From positions 15,190,001 to 15,254,000 of the forward strand of contig CM119384.1 in NCBI GenBank assembly GCA_051294905.1: a DNA stretch of 64,000 nt. Direction: 5' to 3'. A program made the position numbers and the translations under genes. The DNA comes from Botryllus schlosseri (Eukaryota). This document shows positions 55,001 through 64,000 of the stretch, one piece after another; position 1 is the stretch's first letter; the number at the start of each line of letters is the position of its first letter. The notes beneath the pieces were generated by a model. The model made no database searches. It saw nothing but the letters and a program-made list of their open reading frames with translations, and had not been told where the DNA came from.

Positions 55001-55916
55001 TAGGGCAAGTTTTTGTTGCACTAAAATCGCGAGAAAGTTGCGCTTAATTTTAAAAAAAGTTGCAGTAATAACTTGCATTTATAATTTTTGTTGAATTATT
55101 AAGGTATGCGATACTCGAAAGATTAAGTTGTATAACCTAGTCCCTGCAAGGCTGTCAAATTTGTTACTTTGCCATTTCACGGACGGTCTGGAGAGACCGC
55201 CAAAAATTACATTTTTCTCGGTACACAGCAGGAAAATTACGCAATGGGGGAACAATTTTCCCCAAATAAGCCAAACAGCATAGCGATAAACCGTCCCCTA
55301 AAACAAATCCAATAACTCACCCCAAACCCCTAGGTATGCAAACTTGACCCAAGGAGTTGCAGAAAAACTCATTCTTGGCGACTTTTAACAAAATTAATGG
55401 CCTGAATAAGGTGACCCAGTGAAATTTAATTTTCGGCGGTCTCGCCTGGACGTTCGTGAAATGAGAAACCATCTCAAACTTAAACGACAGACGGGGCCTA
55501 CGACCCTCCCCCCCCCCCGGCGACAGAATTACTAAATCGATCTATTTACGTATTGTTCGGACACGGTCGTGCTTGGCAGGGGTAGTTGAACTCTTGCTGT
55601 CATTGTGTGACAGATAACACAGTGAGATACAGGATGCAGCTGACCTATCATATAGCTATTTGTTATGCAAATCAAGGAGAATAAAACCATACTAGAAATA
55701 GCCTAAAGCATGTCTTTCAATCACTCCTTTACATTTTGACGCAATATTTGATAAAAGTTGCAGTAAAATTGGTATATGAAAAAGTGAAAAGTTGCAAAAA
55801 GTTTCACTATATAATCCCTCCAAACAGCTTATCAAAACATAATTGTATTGTATATAGATTCTGAGTATCTTGGAAGCTGTCGGAAGCTGTAAAAAATGTT
55901 GCAAAAACTTGCCCTA
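55001..55916. mobile_element. longer member of the same hAT MITE family, opposite orientation
   Basis: Same TIR; palindromic 8-bp TSD GTGATCAC; both ends match the reverse complement of the 21217 copy. Confidence 0.9.
55138..55500. mobile_element. probable MITE nested inside the 55001 element
   Basis: Imperfect ~37-bp IR at 55173-55209 / 55428-55463; outer boundaries approximate. Confidence 0.5.
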
Positions 55917-57765
55917 GTGATCACCTATGAATTGTTTGTAAGCAATCCACTAGCGAAAACCCAAAATGTTGCTGCATAACAAGAGTAGCTGGATCTGAAA
56001 GCTAGTTTGAAAAGAACACTAGCCTGAATTCTGAGTTGATCAAAGACCAATCACAGGTCACACCGTATCGTACTATACGTGTATGTATAATCAATTAATC
56101 ATATTCATGATCAGCGTTTTTATTAATTTCATCCGCTCAAGACAGATATTGTCGGGAGCGAGTAGCGTAGCGGCAAGCTCCAGTGATGCAGTATCAATGG
56201 TTTGCAGATTCCAAAATTTAGCATGACTATAGATAACATACGGGCAGATAGGCCTACGCGTCTGACCGAGCTTCAAATCAAATATTTCCAGTCGGCTCTA
56301 TATCCGCTCGCGCCGTAAGTGGGCGCTCAAAGCCTGTGTCACGAAGTAAAGCGAGCCCAACATTTCGTACGAGTTAAATAAGGAGTGTGCTGTGCGAGAA
56401 TTTTATGGCATTTTCCAAAACTTTATTCGTTCGCTAACAATATTATTACCGGTTCGAGACACCGCAGGATTGCGATATAATGAAGGGAGAGAAAGGGGTC
56501 GATGGTTGAAGTCAAACACCCACTACGTAAGGAGTATAAAACTACTCCAACAAATGATGCCGTGACGAGCTGCACAGCACAGTGTACAGTACACGCAGTG
56601 TTGCTCCGAAAATAAGGCTCAAGTGTCATAATGTTCAGAGTCTTATTTTCGGATAAGCACGGCACATGCGTAGTTTAATTCAGCGAAGTCCTTTGTATAA
56701 AGGTTTTCTAGAGACGCGATTGTCACTATGTTTGAAATGGATTCACCCAATACTGTAAGACTGCACGCATCTTCCAATCTCTTCCCGCGGAAGAATACAG
56801 TTCGAAATCGTTCAAATGGACTAGTGTGTTTGTAAAACGAGACCAACGCCTGACGCATGATCGGAACTATATTTAGCCTCAAAATGGACACAAAATGAAA
56901 CAAATAACAAATTTAAATTCACTCGAAAAGGAGCAATATATTATGGTATACCACGGTTTGCAGATTGTGTGTCGCAAAACACACGTAATTGAGGGGACTC
57001 CAAAACTCTTAAAGTTTGGCGGTAACTATCTCATTGCATCCAACAGTGATGTTATTATGATCCTGTCCCAGAGTAATTGATAGTATGTCAAAGAGGAATA
57101 CAGTGCATGGATCAGGATCGCTCTAATCACCAAACACACGGGCCCCTCATATTGTACGAATGTACATCCGTGAGTATGTCATATGGCTTTGGACCAGTAT
57201 AGTCGAGATACCGCTGCTGTTTACACAAAAACTAAATGCACCTCAACTTGTGCGTGAAGTTCCGGAAAAGATGAATTACGTCAAAAGTGAAGTTATTGTT
57301 TCAAGTGTGATAAAGTGACTTGTAATAAAAGCGCAATTTTCCATTCGCGCGGCTATAATTGGCGTCAGTGTCTACTGTAGAACGTAGTGCGTAGTAATAA
57401 TAATACTCTCATACTAAATAACTACAGTAAATGCTTGCCTCGTCAATCTCATTCTACTTTACTAACGCTATAACGAAAATATCCAACGATTATATTTTAT
57501 AATATATCTTCCGACGTGTGATTGGAGTGACGAGCGTTGCCTACAATTACACAAAACCCGACACCATGCCCGGATTCTAAGTTCGAAGTTACAAAAGAGC
57601 AACGCAAGAATTTCTGGTAGCCAAAAATTGACTTGACTAGAAAACGACTGTCCGCATGAAATTACGACGTTTAGCACATAGGACATACACCATATCATTG
57701 AAATTCATTTTAGAGCGGCGATGCTCATTTACCATTCATTTACCAAATGGTAAATATGACCTCAC

Positions 57766-57891
57766 CTTTGCCACAAAGTTCCAGTGAGGCGAACTTCTTT
57801 TTACTCGATTGAGCCCGATCGTAAACTTCCTAATATAAGTTACGCCCCTTAAACAATCCACAAGGTCAAGTCTGTCAACGTCACGCAACAT
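57766..57891 (-). CDS. weak candidate first exon (MLRDVDRLDL...SPHWNFVAK), phase 0
   Basis: 42 open codons from ATG to donor AAG|GTGAGG; phase does not fit the 45435 acceptor, so it may be chance. Confidence 0.2.
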
Positions 57892-58082
57892 GTCGCGAAC
57901 AGAGTACAAGCGCGATTATTCAATCTCCACAATTCAAAGTTGTCGCGATTTTATATTTACCGCATGAAGAATGGAATGAATATTTATGATCGAGTGCACC
58001 ATCGGCGCGCTTGGACGATGGAGATGCGAAAGGAACACAAAATTATCGAGTAGACATCGCCGTTTTTTCAATATACGCGGGC

Positions 58083-58155
58083 GGATACCGGTTTCACAGG
58101 CAATTCTTTGGCCGGGGATCGAGCCCACAACCGACCGATCGAAACGCCGCGTGTC
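58083..58155 (-). mobile_element. second SINE fragment related to 29640
   Basis: Minus strand GATCGGTCGGTTGTGGGCTCGATCCCCGGCCAAAG...CCGGTATCC. Confidence 0.5.
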
Positions 58156-58571
58156 ATCACACGAAATCACACAGGGAAAGGCTAGGGTGCGACGCCGTTT
58201 TTAAAATGTCGATATTACTAAGATACCTACATTACCATGCACATCCCCCAAGAGACATTGCGAATTTGAGTTGTATGGAAAACATGCTGTTCTCGAACGC
58301 GTTTGAGAATTATCCTTTTATGATATAGTTTTTTCGATTAGTAATATTACTACAATTGTAAGGCAGTGAAAATAAGAATGGAGTCGAAGCGACTTGGTGA
58401 TGTCAATCAATAACACTCGCACCTTGACTAACAAATATAGTATTAAAATGAAAAAAAATGTGTCGAAATGAGCACACAGTTTCGCACACTCAATGAGAAA
58501 TTTGAAGAACTATTCGGATGTACAGACCTTCAATATACAATTGGATAGTGTATTCATATTCAAAGAAAGCG

Positions 58572-58640
58572 GAATATTTTCGGCTGACGAGTACTGTCGA
58601 TTAGCTCTGACGAGTGTCAGCCGGGTTTATTTCAATATGC
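58572..58640 (+). mobile_element. rearranged copy of the hammerhead repeat
   Basis: CTGACGAGTGTCAGCC-GGGTTTATTTCAATATG lacks GAAAATATTC, which appears inverted just upstream. Confidence 0.6.
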
Positions 58641-59216
58641 ATAGATATGATTCAATGAGATATAGCCTACATCACTATCAGAAACGGGCACGCAATGAAG
58701 AGACATGTTACAGCACTACTGGGTCCAGGCGAATTTGGTGTGGCGAATTAGGTCAATAATCTCATTACAAACGCTGGTATAGTCATCTGGTAGACACTCG
58801 GTATATTTATTTTAGACACACGCATCAAACATGCGCATAAAGACTACCCGTGTCACAGATGTAAAAGACTGGACCACAAATAAAAACCTTCACGTTATTT
58901 ATCAGGATAAGTTTACTAGACCACGACCTGACATAGCGATCTCGCCTTCCGACACATGCCACTTTTTTGTCACCTGTTCTTTTATATTATCTTCGTTTAC
59001 TTTTCATTGAGTGTGCATGTGCATTGTGCATATGCCTCCTTTTTTATATCGCCTAGGCCAGGTGGGCGTCTGATTTCGAAGACTACTCCAAGTCGTTTCG
59101 ACTCCTTCCTATCTTTCATTGTATCGCAGTCATGTGGTGTATTGAAATGATGAAATTTTAGCAATATATTGAATAAAATTTAATATGGCTTGCTCAATGT
59201 CCATTATCCTATGGCT

Positions 59217-59565
59217 CAGGTGTCACCAACCTTTTTGAAACCAAGAGCTACTTCTTGGGTACCCCTACCAAGAACAGAAAACTCTTATTCACCGGGTCTC
59301 ACACCAGCGTCTCCGGGCTCAGTTGCGTTGCCGCACTGCGCGCCGAAGCGTCAATCTTCGAGTCGAGACTCGGGAATGCTAACTAGATTCCCGTTAGGCC
59401 TCCGCGTGGGCGAAGACCAGCAACGCTCCGATCGACTGACCCATGCAAGAACAGTATGGTTCAACTGCTGCTAATACTAAATCCGCTTTGCTACTGCGAC
59501 CGCGGATACTCATTTGGTCCTCGCGCGTTACCAGTAGCCCGCAGGCACCGCGTTGGTGACCCCTG
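59217..59565. mobile_element. hAT MITE whose interior is a 28S rRNA fragment
   Basis: CAGGTGTCACCAAC...GTTGGTGACCCCTG termini; TSD CTATGGCT/CTATAGCT (7/8). Confidence 0.85.
59262..59495 (-). pseudogene. degraded 28S (LSU) rRNA fragment
   Basis: The plus strand matches remembered antisense 28S blocks: ACCAAGAAnAGAnAACTCTT, CGTCTCCGGGnTCnGTTGCGTTGCCGCACT, TCGGGAATGnTAACnnGATTCCC, GATCGACTGACCCATG, GTTCAACTGCTG, TTTGCTACT. Confidence 0.8.
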
Positions 59566-59883
59566 CTATAGCTCAAAAGTCCCCGCGATGGTTCATAAAA
59601 AATACACATTGACTCGGACAAGCTGTATGTTTACGTCATGGACTATAATACGCGGTGGTACCAGTGAACGAATAAGTGTACGAGGCAGAAGTGCATCGTT
59701 CATCCTCACGACACCCATTATCATCTATTCATGCTACCGCCTGCTAACTTTATACCGAAAACGATTGTCAATACAATATATCACCTCTCATTTCCTGTAA
59801 ACTACACATGAACTCCGATTTAACCCGGCATGGCAAAAACAGTCGGAGAAAATGACATCACGGAATACATAACATCCACTCAC

Positions 59884-60020
59884 CGGGCTATGCCGGAGCC
59901 GGACGCCGCGTTGTTCGGTTTGGAGTCCGTTATCTTGCCGAATTTCTTCCGGATGCTCGACCGCGCCGAAAACTTCTTCGGTGACGCAGCCGCTTTCTCT
60001 CTGTATACCGGCGAAGGCAT
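59884..60020 (-). CDS. first coding exon of the LIM-containing isoform (MPSPVYREKAAASPKKFSARSSIRKKFGKITDSKPNNAASGSGIAR)
   Basis: ATG at 60020, 45 open codons + CG, donor CG|GTGAGT (phase 2), matching the phase-2 acceptor at 45435. Confidence 0.8.
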
Positions 60021-60600
60021 AACTATGAGTAAACCGAGGCGATACCGACAATAGATTCTGATAGTACGAAAACAGGACCGTCAAACAGCCATTAGACCTG
60101 ACGGCGGAGAAAATATTCACTCCCGCGCAGTTATTATCTGGCCGTTGACAGATGGTAGATAAAATGAATTTTGGATTGCAAATTATCTGCGTGGCGTTAA
60201 AGTCTGCGCACTTCAGGCTAAAGATTCATTTTGTCTTCTGATATATACGCTTATTAATAAGCTGATCTGACAAGTAACATATCCGGTATGTATCAACGCG
60301 GTTTTATATTCCCAACACCGTTAACGCTCTCTACGATACGGGTGTGTGATGAAAGTATGAAGTCACTTGCTTTTGAGATGGCCAATTTCCGAGTGAATCA
60401 CGACCGGTTTAAGCGGCACGTATCGTATACGCGTAGTGCGTGCGAGTGGTCATATTGATTGGCCTAGATGAGATGTACGCGAATTCTTATGATAGGATGG
60501 TATGAACATGGGATGCTATATAGATGTCGCGGGAGCTAAGTATTGTTAACAAAGTCCATAAGTTCAAAGACGTATATACAATTGAATAATATACCGTATT

Positions 60601-60813
60601 CATATTGAAATAAACCCGAATATTTTCGGCTGACACTCAACAGGGGTAATCGTCGGCAACTAGCAGAGAATTGGAAAAAACATTGTATAATATATCGTAA
60701 TCGTATGACGATTATCCTAGGTCGTGTATGAATATATTATTCAATCGTATATTGAAGTTCCGTACCTCCTTGAGTCTCCTTAAATAACAGATTTCATCGT
60801 CCTCAATTATGCT
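60601..60813 (-). mobile_element. Penelope-like element 3' remnant (GIY-YIG-like C-terminus plus hammerhead)
   Basis: Frame 60813-60712 reads SIIEDDEICYLRRLKEVRNFNIRLNNIFIHDLG*, like the PLE endonuclease end (I-x-D-x-E...R-x2/3-KE...I...N-x-D-x-G); the hammerhead follows on the same strand. Confidence 0.5.
60614..60657 (-). ncRNA. type I minimal hammerhead ribozyme motif, A6U variant
   Basis: GCCGAC-GATT-ACCC-CTGTTGA-GTGTCAGCC-GAAA-ATAT-TC-GGGT. Confidence 0.75.
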
Positions 60814-63272
60814 TACTAATTCGACTACCGTGGTGGGAAGTAGGCGGGCAAAACGAATAACAGACTCCAATTCGATTCGGATAATGCGCTTCGAGAATCG
60901 AATCAGATGACTCGAAGCGAATCAACGGGAATTATGACACAGTTACGTGCCCAGAAAAACCATTTTCATAAATAGATGGCAATGTGTATACATTATAGAA
61001 CAAAGATGAAACAATGATGGTGCGCACCGCGCAAGACAACGGAATTTTGATGCGCATTGCTGGTACCTCATTTCGGTTATTAAAAGTAGTGAATCGATTC
61101 GATTTAGGCGTGATCTACGCCGGCCATGATTCGATTTTGCCAGTCACTAGTGATAAGCCTGTTCTTTGCTTTGCACGTGACACTTGTTACAAGCCAGAAC
61201 TCCTCTTATCTGGCATGTAATCAGGCGGGACCTACTTTCTCTCCTGTCTGTCCTTGTCTCTCTCGCATCGTGTTGATGAAATCTACGTTCACAACACGTT
61301 CATGAATTTTTCATACGAGCAATATAAATTAGATTATTTGAGATGTTTACGTGACTTATGTCTTTGTTTCGCAAAGTCAGCAATGCATGTAATAATCTAT
61401 ATATATCCAAGCATGGTTTTCGGTATGTTATGACTTACCCCTACGTGTCAATAAGCTTCGAGAATGTGGAGGATTGTTCAAAAATAATTTTTTTCCCGTA
61501 TTCCAGCCATTCACTGATTAAATTGTCAAGTTACCCTAACAAACCGCTACACACCCAATTTGGTTCAATTCTAACAATTATAGGACTCCGCAGATCCAAT
61601 TAAAAATTTTTATTTATTAGGGAAATATTTGAAAAAAATTCAAATTTTTCTGCCAACCCCATGAAATTGTTGAGCTGTCTTCAAAGACATTGGTTGCAAA
61701 ACAATTTTGAGTAAATTCCGACCAGTAGAAGCGGAGTTATGTGAGTTTTTCGATGATAATTCCCGGATTATCCACCGATCAAGGATAGCCGAGGAAAATT
61801 CTCATTATAAAAAGACTTGATTATCGACTCATAGTTAACGAACCGTATTTTGTCTAGACTCACTCTACAAGTCTACACGTCTGGTAGTACTTGCGCTCCG
61901 TGATAGCAAAATATACATAGCATCAAGCTATATGGCAGAGTGCACTGCCGGAAAGGCATGAATCATCAAATCTACATATTCACTGGAAGCCCATGATCGT
62001 CCGACTGTTTACTACTTCGCAAAAGGCATCGATGACGATAGCTGTCTTGTATGTGCGTAGGAATGCTCTTACTTTTTGCTGTCCATTTCGAAAAGGTCGG
62101 GTTTACTCATATCCACTGCGTTTCTTCTCCGATTCTTAGTAGGAGTCGTAATTCCCGAGTCTTTGCCGATGGACGTCCCGGAATTCTTCCTGAATCCGCT
62201 CTTGAACGGCGAATCGACTTGATCGCTGTTATTCGACGCTATGCTACCGGTACTGCCCGCTGTGAATGAGAAATGCCGAAGCCTCGCGTCAATTGTCTTA
62301 TCGCGTTACAGAGTGAGAGATATCTGACGGTGTGCGATATCATATTCGAGAAATGTAAGTCAATGTTGTAATTACATGTACGTGTACGTGGTACATATAG
62401 GGCGATCGCGATGACACTTATATCATATTCATTGTGGTTTTACCATCACAGTTTCCGGCTGTAGATAGGTATTGAAAGGTAATATACAGCTGTAGAAGCG
62501 TATATAGATGCGAGAGTGGTGAAAGTAGTTGGCGTGATTCTCAAGTAGAAGTAGAAATTATGTGAATTTCTACGATTTTCATGATACGAAACAACTACTT
62601 CAAGTATAGATGTAGATTGTAGATTGTAGACGAGAAGCGCGAAAGTAGTACCCTAGCGGGAGAGACATATGACGCTGACAATGCGTGGGTCGAAAATGTG
62701 ATATTACTATTGTGCAAAGCTCCATTATAGATCGTTTATATCCGCGACCCGATTTTATCTAATATGCCAGAGTAATGGTTTCCATTACCTTATTCGCCAA
62801 TCATGATCGAATTTATCACCTGGGTACATGTTAACTCGCGCTAATGCGAAACTTTTGACCCTGATATAACTATGAATAGCTGTTGAACAAAATTCTGGAG
62901 CAAACTTTACGATCGGGCATCATGATTCATAAAGTAATGCGGATGAGCCATACGTGTGAATTTTGAATTCCGTGCTTATTGAAAGGAAGACTGTGCTATG
63001 TCAGCGCAACAAAACGCGACACACTTATGAATGGAAACGGTTGCATTCCTGTACTGTTATTGATACAGATGCCTATTCGGCACGGGTTGCCGCAACGGAA
63101 AATAGGCTGACCACGCCGTATTATTTATCTAGGCGGCAGTGACCCGACCACGGGACCTTATAGAGTGCAAAAGGTCGTCCATCTCTAATGGGTATGTAGA
63201 AGCGAACGTGAGTCATGGAATTCTAAAAGATTCGTTGGTACACAATTGAATAGTATATTCATATTGAAATGA

Positions 63273-63316
63273 ACCCGAATATTTTTGGCTGACACTCGTC
63301 AGGGGTAATCGTCAGC
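63273..63316 (-). ncRNA. type I minimal hammerhead ribozyme motif (Penelope-type), G12A variant
   Basis: GCTGAC-GATT-ACCC-CTGACGA-G-TGTCAGC-C-AAAA-ATAT-TC-GGGT: stem I ACCC/GGGT, palindromic stem III, pseudoknot GCTGAC/GTCAGC. Confidence 0.75.
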
Positions 63317-63841
63317 AGCTTTGGATTAAGCAGAAACCTTGCTAGTTCAAAGGATGTAACGCAGCGTGAATAATATTGCGCGTGTGGCAAATGTATCTGG
63401 GGAAGTGTTACGAAGTGTAACAAAGACTATACTATACCACTGCCACAATTGCAATCGATTCATCATCCAAACTACTGTTTCATCATATCGGGAATATTGA
63501 CCCAAAATAGCCTTCTTTCCCTATCCTTGCGAGTACCTTAGAGTCCCATTTCTGATCTGCTAACACCACACCCATGTAGATTGGGCTATTTGAAATAAGC
63601 AGCCATACGTAATTCACCAAATCAGAAACATAATAACCGTAACCAACTACACCAACGGATAAAGCATTGATTTTAACCAAAGCCGCATTGCCACAAGCGC
63701 AGGGATGGTCAAAGTAGTCATTGTTGGTGACCAAGTAAAAGTAGAAGTAGAGACTTCCAAGTAAGTAAAAAGTGAATATTTTAGTGCCAGTTTTGCATAA
63801 ATACCTGTCAACCTAATATTACAAGTGGAAACAGTCTAAAC

Positions 63842-64000
63842 CAGTGGTTCCCAAACTTTTCAAGAAAATTTACGAAATGGTCCAACTAACAATTTTTAGA
63901 AATTACTTACGGTCTCTTACCAAATTAACATAAAACAACATGTTGGATTTTATGGTGTCAATGTGACGGGTGTAGCTGATTTTTTTGCGACCAGCTCGGC
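63842..64000. mobile_element. left end of a hAT (Charlie-like) MITE running off the window
   Basis: CAGTGGTTCCCAAACTTTT terminus preceded by GTCTAAAC, a hAT-like target site. Confidence 0.6.

Larger units (their letters stand above)
1..60020 (-). other. RAP1GAP: 5' region of a multi-promoter gene encoding a LIM domain followed by a GoLoco-like motif; probably Rap1GAP family; continues beyond position 1
   Basis: In-frame GT-AG join 60020-59884/45435-45328/16608-16576/2355-2268/1693-1655 gives MPSP...IAR-DSRRNCDGCGFPVNMGGEHVSFKGSHYHRECFKCKK-CDQALTLKTSR-RDAEGGLSCEPCTQSDGMSGKMQSIDSFQ-GHDDLFAMLEKAQ. The last exon resembles vertebrate Rap1GAP SWQ|NTDLFEMIEKMQ (from memory). The RapGAP domain is not in the window, so the symbol is tentative. 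Confidence 0.6.

Noticed and set aside
59830-60054. Plus-strand 74-aa ORF (MAKTVGEND...)
   Set aside because: Antisense shadow of the minus-strand first exon 60020-59884

Overview
Animal (invertebrate-like, CpG-rich) genomic DNA with no prokaryotic features and no CRISPR. Most of the window is the 5' part of one large minus-strand gene that continues beyond position 1; the ORF track largely misses it. Manual splice reconstruction joins 60020-59884, 45435-45328, 16608-16576, 2355-2268 and 1693-1655 in frame, giving a basic N-terminus, one complete LIM domain split over three exons and ~43 kb, then GHDDLFAMLEKAQ. That last peptide looks like the first half of the N-terminal GoLoco motif of Rap1GAP. 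At least four more ATG-led alternative first exons and two cassette-like exons lie in the LIM introns, all ending in phase-2 donors that fit the same acceptors. The introns carry a 2.94-kb foldback (MULE-type, 9-bp TSD) element with a small ORF in its loop and several hAT MITEs with 8-bp TSDs, one filled with a 28S rRNA fragment. tRNA-type SINE pieces and four copies of a Penelope-type minimal hammerhead ribozyme repeat are also present. All family assignments come from remembered motifs, not database searches.
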